Counted from the first letter of the stretch, positions 50,660 through 60,982 are shown. The stretch: DNA of 64,000 nucleotides from an uncultured Rikenellaceae bacterium (GCA_964514725.1 CAZEUL010000020.1:11394-75393); one strand, 5' to 3'. Notes: a model not told the origin generated them from the letters alone. Numbers and translations are program-made.

Positions 50660-50775
50660 GATTTGGCATGATATTTGTTTTAATTTTGTCAGAGGTTTTT
50701 TTCATAGGTTAGGTTAGTTTTAGGGTTATCAGAAAGTGAACCGTTCCGGATCTTCGGAACGGTTCTTCTTTTTTT
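50660..50775 (+). ncRNA. Candidate small RNA (orphan promoter-to-terminator unit, about 115 nt)
   Basis: It is bounded by the -7 box at 50647-50654 and the terminator at 50738-50775. There is no ORF of 60 aa or more, and both flanking genes are on the minus strand. I recognise no Rfam family. Confidence 0.35.
50738..50775 (+). terminator. Strong intrinsic terminator (perfect 11-bp stem plus T-tract)
   Basis: GAACCGTTCCG-GATCTT-CGGAACGGTTC followed by TTCTTTTTTT. The reverse orientation, downstream of the 50805 gene, has only a weak U-tract. Confidence 0.8.
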
Positions 50776-50804
50776 GCGCTTTTAAGAACAATTCATTCAG
50801 CTTC

Positions 50805-51245
50805 CTATAAAATGAGATATTCCTGGTTTTTGTCTTTAAGTGATTTTAAATCAATTGTAAAAACAGCTGTAACACTATCAATTTCCCTAAGTTTTGTTAG
50901 GCTCAGGGCCGGGAAGGTGTTACTTCCCTGGTTGTTAATAACGAGCAGGTAATCTATGTTTTTAAGTTTTTTAATTAAAAATTCAGTTCCGCATCTGTTT
51001 GCAAAAAGATGCAGTATGATTTCCGGAAATGATCCGGTATCTGAAAATTTTGTGAAAACAAGATTTTGACCGGATTCAGTTCCGATTTCGACAGGTGCAG
51101 CACTTTTCAGAGAGACTTTAAGGGTTTTGTTTATTTTAAGAGACAGCTTATAATGTGGATCAGAACAAACCAGTCCGAGCAAAGTAATATCGTAAAGCTC
51201 ATTCAACGATAATTGCAATTTCTTTATTTTTTGCCCGCTTTTCAT
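50805..51245 (-). CDS. Hypothetical protein, probably the IPExxxVDY-family protein found downstream of rnc in Bacteroidota
   Basis: 146 aa. The motif region reads LIKKLKNIDYLLV, a diverged form of the family signature. It sits directly after rnc. Confidence 0.5.
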   Translation of the reverse strand: MKSGQKIKKLQLSLNELYDITLLGLVCSDPHYKLSLKINKTLKVSLKSAAPVEIGTESGQNLVFTKFSDTGSFPEIILHLFANRCGTEFLIKKLKNIDYLLVINNQGSNTFPALSLTKLREIDSVTAVFTIDLKSLKDKNQEYLIL

Positions 51246-51287
51246 TCAGGTAAACCTTGAGCATTAAAGGTAAGAAAAGAAATGCTA

Positions 51288-52034
51288 CTAAAACTCAGAT
51301 AAAGGAGAATCTTTAAGTTTTGACCAGGCCTGACCGGCGGCTTCCTGTTCAGCCTCTTTTTTGGAGGAACCCTGACCGGTGCCATAAATCTTTCCGTTTA
51401 TTTTAAGTGTTGTGGAGAAGACTGATTTCTTAAGGTCAAAATCGTACTCCTCATTATAAGTGAAAGACAGATTTGTTTTGTTTTTTTGAACCCACTCAAA
51501 AATGAGACTTTTAAAATCAGTATCAATATTTACAATTTTATCAAGATCAAGGTAGCAACTAAGGACTTTTGTTATGAAGAGTTTTTTTGTTTTTCGGAAT
51601 CCTTTATCGATAAAGAGAGCTCCGATAAGGGCTTCAAGGGCATCACCGAAAAGATTTCTTACAACCTGTCCCGGGCCGATATTGCTTACAAGTATTTTAT
51701 TTATCCCCATTGATATAGCAAGCTGGTTAAGGACCTCCCTGTTAACTATACGTGAGCGTATTTTAGTTAAAAAACCCTCATTTGCATCTGGAAATCTTTC
51801 AAAGAGATAATCAGAAAGGATTGCATCAAGAATGGCATCTCCAAGGTATTCAAGTCTCTCATTATTGATTTTTTTTCCATCTGGAAGAGTATAGGATGCA
51901 GATCGATGGATAAATGCTATCTCATAAAGACGAAGATTCCTTGTTTTGAAACCCAGAAGGTCTTTAAGGCTGGAAGCGAATTCCCTTTTGTCAAGGATAT
52001 ATGTGCCGTTTTTCTTTCTGAGGAAGAGGGCCAC
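51288..52034 (-). CDS. rnc: Ribonuclease III
   Basis: ERLEYLGDAILD catalytic signature with a C-terminal dsRBD (GSSKKEAEQEAA). The GTG start overlaps the fabF stop by 1 nt. Confidence 0.92.
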   Translation of the reverse strand: MALFLRKKNGTYILDKREFASSLKDLLGFKTRNLRLYEIAFIHRSASYTLPDGKKINNERLEYLGDAILDAILSDYLFERFPDANEGFLTKIRSRIVNREVLNQLAISMGINKILVSNIGPGQVVRNLFGDALEALIGALFIDKGFRKTKKLFITKVLSCYLDLDKIVNIDTDFKSLIFEWVQKNKTNLSFTYNEEYDFDLKKSVFSTTLKINGKIYGTGQGSSKKEAEQEAAGQAWSKLKDSPLSEF

Positions 52035-53281
52035 TAAACCTCTGCTTTTTTGATTATTATCGATGCATTATGTCCACCGAATCCAAAAGTATTACTTAAT
52101 GCAACATTTACTTTGCGATATTGCGCTTTATTAAGAGTGAGATTCAAATTCTGGTCAATTTCCGGGTCGGGAACGCTGAAATTAATAGTAGGGGGAACGA
52201 CATCATTTACAACAGCCATTATTGAAGCAATGGCTTCAATTGCCCCGGCTGCTCCCAGAAGATGTCCAGTCATCGATTTTGTTGAACTGATATTCATCTT
52301 GTAAACATGATCTCCGAAAACATCTATTATTGCTTTTAACTCGGATACATCACCGAGAGGTGTTGCAGTACCATGAACATTAATATAGTCAACCTCGTTT
52401 TTATCCACCGAAGCCTCATCAAGTGCAAGTTTCATTACGTTAAAAGCTCCCAGCCCTTCAGGATGCGGAGCTGTTAGATGGAAAGCATCGGCAGTCATGC
52501 CTGTTCCGATTATTTCGGCATAGATTTTAGCACCTCTTGCTTTGGCCTGTTCATATTCTTCGAGAATAAGTGCACCGGCTCCTTCACCCATGACAAAACC
52601 ATCGCGGGTCTTGTCAAAGGGTCTTGAGGCAGTTTTATATTCAGCATTGTTGGTTGAAAGTGCCTGAAGGGCATTAAATCCTCCGATACCGGGTTCATTT
52701 ATACATGCTTCGGACCCACCTGTTATAAATATATCTGCTTTTCCCCAGCGGATATAATTGACTGCATCAATTATTGCATTAGTTGATGATGCACATGCTG
52801 AAACGGTGCAGAAATTTGGCCCACGGAATCCGTATTTTATGGAAATGGATCCTGCGGCAATGTTGCCAATCATCTTCGGGATGAAAAAGGGACTGAATCT
52901 TGGGGTTCCATCGCCCAGTACAAAAGCCTTTATAGCCTGATAGAATGTATCAAGACCTCCGATTCCGGAAGCCCAAATCACTCCGACTCTGTCCTTGTTT
53001 ATTGATGCAAGATCAAGCCCTGAGTCAGCTATTGCTTCATCTGAGGCAATATGGGCGTATTGGGAATACGGGTCCAGCTTGTTGGCTTCTTTTCTGTCGA
53101 AATATTTTGAAGGATCGTAGTTTTTTAATTCGCATGCAAATTTGGTCTTGAACTTTTCAGTATTGAAATGGGTTATCATATCTGCTCCGCTGACACCATT
53201 TTTAAGTCCTTCCCAGAAATCATGCAAATTATTCCCCAGTGGAGTTAAAGCTCCAAGACCAGTAACTACGACTCTTTTCAT
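52034..53281 (-). CDS. fabF: Beta-ketoacyl-ACP synthase II
   Basis: 415 aa with the active-site region SACASS, the HGTATPLGD and GHLLGAAG motifs, downstream of acpP. Confidence 0.95.
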   Translation of the reverse strand: MKRVVVTGLGALTPLGNNLHDFWEGLKNGVSGADMITHFNTEKFKTKFACELKNYDPSKYFDRKEANKLDPYSQYAHIASDEAIADSGLDLASINKDRVGVIWASGIGGLDTFYQAIKAFVLGDGTPRFSPFFIPKMIGNIAAGSISIKYGFRGPNFCTVSACASSTNAIIDAVNYIRWGKADIFITGGSEACINEPGIGGFNALQALSTNNAEYKTASRPFDKTRDGFVMGEGAGALILEEYEQAKARGAKIYAEIIGTGMTADAFHLTAPHPEGLGAFNVMKLALDEASVDKNEVDYINVHGTATPLGDVSELKAIIDVFGDHVYKMNISSTKSMTGHLLGAAGAIEAIASIMAVVNDVVPPTINFSVPDPEIDQNLNLTLNKAQYRKVNVALSNTFGFGGHNASIIIKKAEV

Positions 53282-53304
53282 AAACGGATTTTTATAAATG
53301 CAAA

Positions 53305-53541
53305 CTACTTTGCATTTTCCTCAATGTACTTAATGGCATCCCCGACTGTGCTGATACTTTCGGCCTGATCATCAGGGATTCCTATATTGAATTCTTTTTC
53401 AAACTCCATGATTAACTCAACAGTATCAAGAGAGTCAGCACCAAGATCGTTGGTGAAGCTGGCTTCAGGAGTTACTTCAGACTCATCAACTCCAAGTTTA
53501 TCTACTATAATCTCTTTAACTCTTGTGGCAATGTCAGACAT
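53305..53541 (-). CDS. acpP: Acyl carrier protein
   Basis: 78 aa with the [12 protein letters not shown] phosphopantetheine attachment motif. Confidence 0.95.
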   Translation of the reverse strand: MSDIATRVKEIIVDKLGVDESEVTPEASFTNDLGADSLDTVELIMEFEKEFNIGIPDDQAESISTVGDAIKYIEENAK

Positions 53542-53719
53542 AACAATAAATTTTAATTAATAATATTTAAAACCTTGCAAAGAAATATATTTGTAGTTTA
53601 TTTTTCAAATGATTTGATGTTTTTTCTTAAAAAAGTGGTATAATATTTTGATAATTAGAAAAATAAACTTGACAATTCCGGGTCGGAAAAGAAGATCATA
53701 GAAAGAAAATATTCTGATA

Positions 53720-54301
53720 ATGAAGAATATAGCCATTTTTGCCTCAGGTTCAGGGACAAATGCTGAGAACATAATTAAATATTTTTCGAACAGAGATTCT
53801 GCGAATGTGAAGCTTGTATTGTCGAACAAGCGTGAAGCATACGTACTTAAACGAGTTGAGAAGTATAAGGTAAAGGCATTATTTTTCGACCGGAAGGATT
53901 TTTATGAAACTGAAAATGTTCTGAAAATACTGCGTGAAAACAAAATAGATTTCATTGTTCTGGCAGGATTTTTATGGCTGGTTCCATCCAATATCCTTGA
54001 GCTTTATCAGGGAAGGATAATAAACATTCATCCGGCATTGCTTCCTAAATATGGAGGGAAAGGAATGTTTGGGGAGCGGGTGCATGAAGCAGTCATAAAA
54101 AGCAGTGATTTGGAATCTGGAATCACAATACATTATGTCAATGAGGTGTATGATGCCGGTGATATTATTTTCCAGGCAAAATGCCCGGTAAACAGGAATG
54201 ATACTCCGGATAGTCTTGCCGAAAAGGTTCATGAACTTGAGTACAGGTATTTCCCGGCAGTTATTGAAAAAATCGTTGTTGGTCTGCCTTCTCTTTACTA
54301 A
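53720..54301 (+). CDS. purN: Phosphoribosylglycinamide formyltransferase
   Basis: 193 aa with IAIFASGSGTNAE and INIHPALLPKYGG. Confidence 0.9.
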   Translation: MKNIAIFASGSGTNAENIIKYFSNRDSANVKLVLSNKREAYVLKRVEKYKVKALFFDRKDFYETENVLKILRENKIDFIVLAGFLWLVPSNILELYQGRIINIHPALLPKYGGKGMFGERVHEAVIKSSDLESGITIHYVNEVYDAGDIIFQAKCPVNRNDTPDSLAEKVHELEYRYFPAVIEKIVVGLPSLY

Positions 54302-55539
54302 AACGTTTCCAAAAGGGAAATCACAACTTTCTTTTGTTTTTCAAATCTTGGTTTGTTTAATTCTGATACAGGTTCAACAGGAGGAGCTTCGACCTTTAAG
54401 GGATCGACAGAAGAGCCGTTCATATAAAATCTGAAATCAAGGTGTGGTCCAGTTGAAAGACCACTGCTTCCTACATATCCGATTATATCTCCCTGCTTTA
54501 CATACACACCCGGAGCTATCCCTTTTTCGAAACTGCTCAGATGGAGATAAGCAGTTGAATAGACACTGTTATGGACAATCCTGACCATTTTCCCTGATCC
54601 TCCGTCAAAACCGGCCTGAACAACTCTTCCGTCTCCAATTGAATGTACGGGTGTTCCTAAAGGAGCTGCATAATCGACTCCGTGATGTGGCCTGCGTATC
54701 CTGAGGATCGGATGAAATCTGCTGGCAGAGAACCTTGATGTTACTCTTGCAAACTGCAGCGGAGCTTTGAGGAATGCTTTCCTTAGACTATTGCCGTTAT
54801 TGTCATAATAGCTCTCTTTTCCGTCCTGTATAAAAGGAATCGCATCAATTGATGTCCCTGATCCTGAATATCTTGCCCCATAAATCCTGCCTATGCCCAA
54901 AGTTTTTTCATCGACTGACAATTCATCGTAAATAACTTTGAATGTATCTCCTTTCTGTAATCCGAAAAAGTCAATACTCCAAGCATATATTTGTGATAAT
55001 TCAATTACAAGAGAAGGATGTAATCCATTCTGAAGCATGGCATCCCACAAAGATGATTCTATTGTAAGTGATACATATTTGATTTCCTTTTTAATCTCTT
55101 TTTTATATTCAGTGATGTTAAGTGAATCATTGAAGCTGAAAACGTAACAGGTAAGCGGATCATGTTCATAAACCAGATATCTGGCCCGTGATTCGCTGTC
55201 TTTTTCGCAAAAGAGAGTGAAATTGTTTCCGTACCTCATTTTCCTCACATCGAAAACATCTTTGGAGTTTTGGAGTACTTTTTCAAGTTCGATCATTGTT
55301 ATTCCATGTTCAAGCAGAATTGATGAAAGGAATCCGTTCTTCCTGATATGTCCTGTTACAAGGTTGTATGAGTCGGAGGGTATGCCGAAAATCAGGTTTA
55401 AATGGTCAGAATCTCTGCGTGATGTAGTATCAACAGGAACGTGAGACTGTAAGTCAGTTTTGACATAATGTCTGCAGCCTATTGTTAAAAAAATAACAAT
55501 TAAGAGGCAGATATATTTTAAACGGGGAAGTGGCATCAT
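54298..55539 (-). CDS. M23-family (LytM-type) metallopeptidase
   Basis: 413 aa with an N-terminal signal/lipobox-like sequence (FLTIGC) and the HHGVDYAAPLGTPV and GSSGLSTGPHLDF zinc-site motifs. Confidence 0.85.
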   Translation of the reverse strand: MMPLPRLKYICLLIVIFLTIGCRHYVKTDLQSHVPVDTTSRRDSDHLNLIFGIPSDSYNLVTGHIRKNGFLSSILLEHGITMIELEKVLQNSKDVFDVRKMRYGNNFTLFCEKDSESRARYLVYEHDPLTCYVFSFNDSLNITEYKKEIKKEIKYVSLTIESSLWDAMLQNGLHPSLVIELSQIYAWSIDFFGLQKGDTFKVIYDELSVDEKTLGIGRIYGARYSGSGTSIDAIPFIQDGKESYYDNNGNSLRKAFLKAPLQFARVTSRFSASRFHPILRIRRPHHGVDYAAPLGTPVHSIGDGRVVQAGFDGGSGKMVRIVHNSVYSTAYLHLSSFEKGIAPGVYVKQGDIIGYVGSSGLSTGPHLDFRFYMNGSSVDPLKVEAPPVEPVSELNKPRFEKQKKVVISLLETF

Positions 55540-55550
55540 CCCTTACTAGT

Positions 55551-58211
55551 CTATCTGATTACCACATTAACTATCTTGTTTGGAACTACAATGACATTTA
55601 ATGGCACTGATCCTCCTGTCCATTTGGCGGACCTTTCATCTGCAAGAACAGTTTTGATGATTTCCTCTTTTCCCATATCAGCAGGAAGTTCGATCTTAAA
55701 CCTCATTTTCCCGTTAAATGATACAGGGTATTCGACTACATCAGCTTTCAGGTATTCTTCAATCACTTCAGGCCATGGTTCATAGGCAAGCGTCTTCTGA
55801 TGACCCAGAATCTGCCATAATTCTTCTGCAAGATGAGGAGCAAAAGGGGAGAGAATTAAAATAAATTTGGATGCTGTATCCTGTGATACCTTTCCCCTGC
55901 GGTATACAAGATTAAGAAAAATCATCATTTCAGAAATTGCCGTATTGAATTTCAGATTTTCGATGTCATCTTCAACTTTTCGTATTGTCTTGTGGAGACC
56001 TTTAAGAATCTCTATATCTTCCTGTCCCTCATAAATATTCTCTCGATTTGAAAAGAATCTGAAAGTTCTTGTCAGAAAATTAAATACACCCTTCACATTT
56101 CTGTCATCCCAGGGTTTCATTACATCAAGCGGACCCATAAACATTTCATAAAGTCTCAGGGAATCAGCTCCATATCTTTCCGTAACATCTTCAGGATTTA
56201 CAACGTTTTTAAGTGATTTTGACATCTTTGCCACTATTTGCCTGACTTCTGTTCCGGTTTCAATATTATAGAATTTGCCATCTTTCTCCTCAACCTGATC
56301 GGCAGGTATTTTTGCCCCGGATTCATTTTCATAGGCAAATGCGAGTATCATCCCCTGATTGAACAACCTCGTATAAGGTTCATCTGTTGACACTATTCCC
56401 AGATCGAACAGGACCTTATGCCAGAACCGGCTGTATAACAGATGAAGCACTGCATGTTCTGCACCTCCTATGTACAGATCAACAGGCATCCAGTATTTTT
56501 CCTTTTCCTTGTCGAAAATCTCGTTGTCATTGTGAGGATCAATGAACCGTAAATAATACCAGCACGATCCAGCCCATTGTGGCATTGTATTGGTTTCCCG
56601 CCTGCCTTTGCGGCCATTTTTGTCGGTGACTAAAAGCCAGTCGCCTGCGTTGGCAAGTGGTGATTCCCCTGATTCACCAGGAAGGAATTTTTCAAGTTCA
56701 GGCAGTTCAAGGGGAAGTTCTTTTTCGTCGAGAAGTGTTATCTCACCATCTTCCCAGTGAATTACAGGAAAGGGTTCACCCCAGTACCTCTGACGGCTGA
56801 ATAGCCAGTCACGGACTTTATAATTTACCTTTGACTTCCCAAGACGATTTGTTTCCAGCCATTTAATAATTTTGGAAATCCCTGCTTCTTTGTTCAGACC
56901 ATTGATATCAATGCCTGTTGAAAGATCAGAGGAGTTTATATACCTCCCATCCTCTGTCCAGCATTCATCACCGCTGAGGATCCTCTTCCTCTGTTCCTGA
57001 TCTGAAACATCCGGATCCTGTATGCATAAAACAGGGAGGTTGAATTTACGGGCAAATTCAAAATCCCTTGTATCATGAGCAGGGACTGCCATGATGGCAC
57101 CTGTCCCATAACCTGTAAGAACATAATCGGCAACCCAGATCGGGATTCTTTTATTATTAACCGGATTAATGGCATACCTTCCTGTGAAGATACCTGTTTT
57201 TTCTTTTGCAAGATCTGTTCTGTCGAGTTCTGACTTTAGGTTTGCAGCTTTGATGTATTCGTTGACCTGGTCTTTCCATTCTGGTGTTGTAATTTCTCTT
57301 ACCAGATAATGTTCCGGTGCTATCACCATGTATGTAGCACCGAATAATGTGTCGGGTCGGGTAGTAAAAACAGTAAGGGTTTCATTCAGTCCTTCAATCT
57401 TAAAATCGACTTCAGCCCCGGTTGAACGGCCAATCCAGTTGCGCTGCATGTCTTTTATTCCTTCGGGCCAGTTCAGGTCATCAATTCCTTTCAGCAGCCT
57501 CTCTGCATAAAGGGGAATGCGGAGCATCCATTGCTTAAGATTTCTCTTCTCGACAATATTGCCGCATTTCTCATGTGAACCATCGTTCAGCACTTCTTCA
57601 TTTGCGCAGACAATTCGGCAGCTAGGGCACCACCACACCTGGGCATCACCATAGTAGGCAAGTCTTTTTGAGTCAATATATTTCCTTGTTTCCCTGTCGC
57701 CTGAAGAAAGGATCTCATCAGGGATTTTCAGTTCAGAGATCGGCCTGCCTTTCTGAAGGGTTTCATCAAACCATGTATTGTAAAGTTTAATGAATATCCA
57801 CTGTGTCCATTTGTAGTATTTGGGGTCAGTTGTGTTTATCTCTTTATCCCAGTCGTAACTTAATCCCAGTCCCTTTATCTGACGCCTGAAAGTATCGCAG
57901 TTATTCCGTGTTGTGACAGCAGGATGGGTTCCTGTCTGGATTGCATATTGTTCCGCTGGCAGTCCGAATGCATCCCATCCCATAGGATGAAGGACATTAA
58001 ATCCTTTCATTCTTTTATGGCGGGCGTAAATATCCGTTGCGGTATAACCTTCGGGGTGTCCGACATGCAGTCCTGCACCTGAGGGATATGGATACATATC
58101 CAGAACATAACACTTTTTCGGATTTGTAAGATCTTCGGGAGTTTTAAAAGTTTTATTTTCCTCCCAATACCGCTGCCACTTTTTTTCTATTGCTTTGAAA
58201 TTGTATTCCAT
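55551..58211 (-). CDS. leuS: Leucine--tRNA ligase
   Basis: It starts [13 protein letters not shown] and has a HIGH-type motif ([10 protein letters not shown]) and KMSKS. I use the ATG at 58211 rather than the upstream TTG. Confidence 0.95.
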   Translation of the reverse strand: MEYNFKAIEKKWQRYWEENKTFKTPEDLTNPKKCYVLDMYPYPSGAGLHVGHPEGYTATDIYARHKRMKGFNVLHPMGWDAFGLPAEQYAIQTGTHPAVTTRNNCDTFRRQIKGLGLSYDWDKEINTTDPKYYKWTQWIFIKLYNTWFDETLQKGRPISELKIPDEILSSGDRETRKYIDSKRLAYYGDAQVWWCPSCRIVCANEEVLNDGSHEKCGNIVEKRNLKQWMLRIPLYAERLLKGIDDLNWPEGIKDMQRNWIGRSTGAEVDFKIEGLNETLTVFTTRPDTLFGATYMVIAPEHYLVREITTPEWKDQVNEYIKAANLKSELDRTDLAKEKTGIFTGRYAINPVNNKRIPIWVADYVLTGYGTGAIMAVPAHDTRDFEFARKFNLPVLCIQDPDVSDQEQRKRILSGDECWTEDGRYINSSDLSTGIDINGLNKEAGISKIIKWLETNRLGKSKVNYKVRDWLFSRQRYWGEPFPVIHWEDGEITLLDEKELPLELPELEKFLPGESGESPLANAGDWLLVTDKNGRKGRRETNTMPQWAGSCWYYLRFIDPHNDNEIFDKEKEKYWMPVDLYIGGAEHAVLHLLYSRFWHKVLFDLGIVSTDEPYTRLFNQGMILAFAYENESGAKIPADQVEEKDGKFYNIETGTEVRQIVAKMSKSLKNVVNPEDVTERYGADSLRLYEMFMGPLDVMKPWDDRNVKGVFNFLTRTFRFFSNRENIYEGQEDIEILKGLHKTIRKVEDDIENLKFNTAISEMMIFLNLVYRRGKVSQDTASKFILILSPFAPHLAEELWQILGHQKTLAYEPWPEVIEEYLKADVVEYPVSFNGKMRFKIELPADMGKEEIIKTVLADERSAKWTGGSVPLNVIVVPNKIVNVVIR

Positions 58212-58368
58212 TATCAATTTTGATGAAGTGTTGTATTTGACATAGTTGATTGAAAACAGATGACCAGACCTCTGTCATCGGTCCTCTATCATCGGACTTC
58301 AGCCTTCCGTCAAGTGTGCGAAAATATAAAAACTTTGGCATTTAATTGTAAAACCGCACTAATGGTTA

Positions 58369-58376
58369 TATTTTTG
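58369..58376 (+). promoter_or_regulatory. Candidate sigmaA -7 box (TATTTTTG) for tRNA-Arg
   Basis: Exact TAnnTTTG match, ending 12 nt before the mature tRNA 5' end. Confidence 0.4.
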
Positions 58377-58388
58377 CCGGGAATTTAA

Positions 58389-58461
58389 GGTCCCGTAGTT
58401 CAATGGATAGAATGACAGATTCCGGTTCTGTTGGTTGAGAGTTCGAGTCTCTCCGGGATCA
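58389..58461 (+). tRNA. tRNA-Arg (anticodon CCG)
   Basis: I folded the cloverleaf by hand: acceptor GGTCCCG/CGGGATC, D arm GTTC/GAAT, anticodon stem ACAGA/TCTGT with loop TTCCGGT, T arm GAGAG-TTCGAGT-CTCTC. Total 73 nt, CCA not encoded. Confidence 0.9.
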
Positions 58462-58903
58462 CAGTTGCCATTAAAATAGACAGAGGCGGCAGAACTGCCG
58501 CCCCCATCTGACAATTTAAAAGCAAAAAGGGAAAAATGAAGACAGGTATTAAACCTGAAGGTTTCTCTTTAATTTCCTTAATCCCTATTCATATTTCAAT
58601 TTTATTTTTTTCTTACATTTGAAAGGCCAGCATCCTTAATAATCTTTTCTTTCTATTGGAGTAGAATTGCGACTAAGATTACCGGGACGCTGGCTTCTTT
58701 CTTAACAAAAAAAGAATCTTAAAACTGTCGTCGATTCTATTAAATCAAATTTATAACTGATATTGTCAAATTGCAAATTAATTTGATAATCATATACTTA
58801 TCGTTGATGAACGCACATAAATCATCAACAAAGAAAAGTCATATAAAAATCTGTTTGAAAATAATATTAAGATCAGCAGCTTCACGGGAGAATTTATATA
58901 CTT

Positions 58904-59500
58904 TCAGATTCTCAGGATATCTATCATTTCAGTGACCGCTTCCGTTTCTGCAAGGTCTTTAACAGGAGACAGACCAATTAGAGCCCTTGCCTGGTTAAGG
59001 TCATCTTCTTTCACATAATCTTTTCCAATTATAACAAGGTACAATATAGCCGATTTCAGAGTATTGGCCTTTATTCTGAATGAAAAAGGACTTTGCCTGG
59101 CAGGGAATATATGTACAAATCTTATATCGTTTTCATGGTATTTAAGGGTCCATTGTGAAGTGTCTGAAAGTGAAATTATTTTGTAATTATTAAAACCGGT
59201 TCCTGCCCACAATGCAAATAAAGATTTCAGATGAAGCTTTTTCTCCGAAAGGAAATCTTTTAGCTCACACAATATTCTATCCAGGGGCAAGGCTCCTGTA
59301 TAGATATCCATTACAGATGTCCCGAGATGTTTAAGTTCGCTTAAAAAGTCCTTTGTGTTGATATTATGGTACAAAGAGTCCCTTATTTTCGAATTGACAA
59401 ATTCCTTAATAAACGGCAGATAATGCTTTAACGGATTAAAGATAAATGGCTCCGGGATTGTAAATTCATGCATTTCCGAAAATAAGATTTTATGTGACAT
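58904..59500 (-). CDS. Hypothetical protein (198 aa), no family recognised
   Basis: It is the only long ORF in an otherwise AT-rich 1.2-kb gap. No signal peptide, TM segment or obvious motif. Confidence 0.5.
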   Translation of the reverse strand: MSHKILFSEMHEFTIPEPFIFNPLKHYLPFIKEFVNSKIRDSLYHNINTKDFLSELKHLGTSVMDIYTGALPLDRILCELKDFLSEKKLHLKSLFALWAGTGFNNYKIISLSDTSQWTLKYHENDIRFVHIFPARQSPFSFRIKANTLKSAILYLVIIGKDYVKEDDLNQARALIGLSPVKDLAETEAVTEMIDILRI

Positions 59501-59698
59501 ACATAATTCATTTATAAGCAGACAGAAATGAAAGAGATTTTCAAAACATGTTTTATTTTATGATCCTTTGCATAATAATTATTTGCCCAGATGAAAAGTT
59601 ATAAAAAAACTACCTGTCATCTGTAAAATACAACAAATTATTTGATGATTACCGGAATAAATTAACTTTATACTCTGTATTTCAAAACGGTCTTTCTT

Positions 59699-60952
59699 AT
59701 GTCAGATACTTCCAGGGCAAATTTTTTAAAGACGATAAATCACAAGCAGCCTGACAAGGTTGTAGTTGATTTTGGTTCAACAGCAGTTACAGGAATTCAT
59801 GTTCTAATTGTAGAGAAACTTCGAGATTATTACGGACTTGAGAAAAGACCCGTAAAGGTTATAGAACCTTATCAGATGCTTGGTGAAGTTGATGCAGAAC
59901 TTGTCAGAGAGATGGGGATAGATGTCATAGGCATCACAGGTGAAAAGAATATGTTCGGGGTTGCTGCAAAAGACTGGAAGCCGGCCAAAACTCTGTGGGG
60001 TCAGGAGGTATTGCTCCCCGGAGATTTTAATTATACTTTCAATGAGAACGGTGATATTCTAATGTACCCTGAAGGTGACACTTCCGTTAGGCCAAGTGCC
60101 ATGATGCCAAAATCAGGATATTTTTTTGATGCACTTGACCGCCAGGGACCTATCGATGACCTATCACTCAGACTTGAAGACAACCTTGAAGAGTTTACGA
60201 TTATTACAGATTACGAACTTGAATACTGGCACAAACAGACTGAAAATGTTAAAAATTCCGGTAAAGGCGTAATAGCATCCTTGGGAGGTACAGCATTGGG
60301 GGATATTGCATTGGTCCCTGCCATAGGATTAAAAAATCCAAAAGGTATCAGAGGGGTAAGTGAATGGTATATTTCAACTCTTATAAGAGAGGATTTTGTA
60401 AAGAACATCTTTGATAAGCAAACAGATATAGCGGTTGAGAATCTCAGGAAGATCCATAGTGTAATAAATGGCAAGATTGATGTGACTTTTATCTGCGGAA
60501 CTGATTTCGGGACACAGAATTCAACCTTTTGCTCGCCTGAGACATATGCCAGAGTCTGGATGCCCTATTATAAAAAGGTGAACGACTGGATTCATGGGAA
60601 TACCACCTGGAAGACTTTCAAACATTCATGCGGGGCCATTGAATCATTCATGGATCTTTTTATTGAATCTGGATTTGACATTATTAATCCGGTTCAGATA
60701 AATGCAGCAGGAATGGATCCGGTTCTGCTTAAGAAAAAATATGGAGACAGAATAGTATTCTGGGGGGGAGGTGTTGATACACAAGGTGTTTTTGCTTTCG
60801 GAACACCGGCCCAGGTAAAAGAACAGGTAAAAAGGCAATGCAGTATTTTAAACAATAATGGAGGATTTGTTTTCAATTCAATACATAATATCCAGGCGAA
60901 TGTCCCGTTTCCAAATGTTGTTGCCATGCTTGAAGCTCTTAAAGAGCTTTAA
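59699..60952 (+). CDS. Uroporphyrinogen-decarboxylase-fold (URO-D/MtaA-like) protein
   Basis: 417 aa. The C-terminal region (VFWGGGVDTQ...GTPAQVKEQVKR...GGFVFNSIHNIQANVP) is typical of URO-D-like TIM-barrel proteins seen in Bacteroidota sugar-utilisation contexts. Confidence 0.65.
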   Translation: MSDTSRANFLKTINHKQPDKVVVDFGSTAVTGIHVLIVEKLRDYYGLEKRPVKVIEPYQMLGEVDAELVREMGIDVIGITGEKNMFGVAAKDWKPAKTLWGQEVLLPGDFNYTFNENGDILMYPEGDTSVRPSAMMPKSGYFFDALDRQGPIDDLSLRLEDNLEEFTIITDYELEYWHKQTENVKNSGKGVIASLGGTALGDIALVPAIGLKNPKGIRGVSEWYISTLIREDFVKNIFDKQTDIAVENLRKIHSVINGKIDVTFICGTDFGTQNSTFCSPETYARVWMPYYKKVNDWIHGNTTWKTFKHSCGAIESFMDLFIESGFDIINPVQINAAGMDPVLLKKKYGDRIVFWGGGVDTQGVFAFGTPAQVKEQVKRQCSILNNNGGFVFNSIHNIQANVPFPNVVAMLEALKEL

Positions 60953-60982
60953 TTATTTCCTGCAAAACACCTGGCACTCATT

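Noticed and set aside
50705-50728. TTAGG-like reiteration (TAGGTTAGGTTAGTTTTAGGGTTA)
   Set aside because: It is too short and irregular to call a tandem repeat. I note it only as part of the candidate sRNA body.
58336-58349. Third TTTGGCAT word (TGGCATTTAATTGT) upstream of tRNA-Arg, as a possible sigma-54 promoter
   Set aside because: The TG of the -12 element is one position too close and the GC dinucleotide is GT. A normal TAnnTTTG box at 58369-58376 already explains tRNA transcription.
58536-58622. 28-codon hydrophobic micro-ORF (MKTGIKPEGFSLISLIPIHISILFFSYI) downstream of tRNA-Arg
   Set aside because: There is no promoter box, no conservation evidence and AT-rich context. This cannot be supported from sequence alone.
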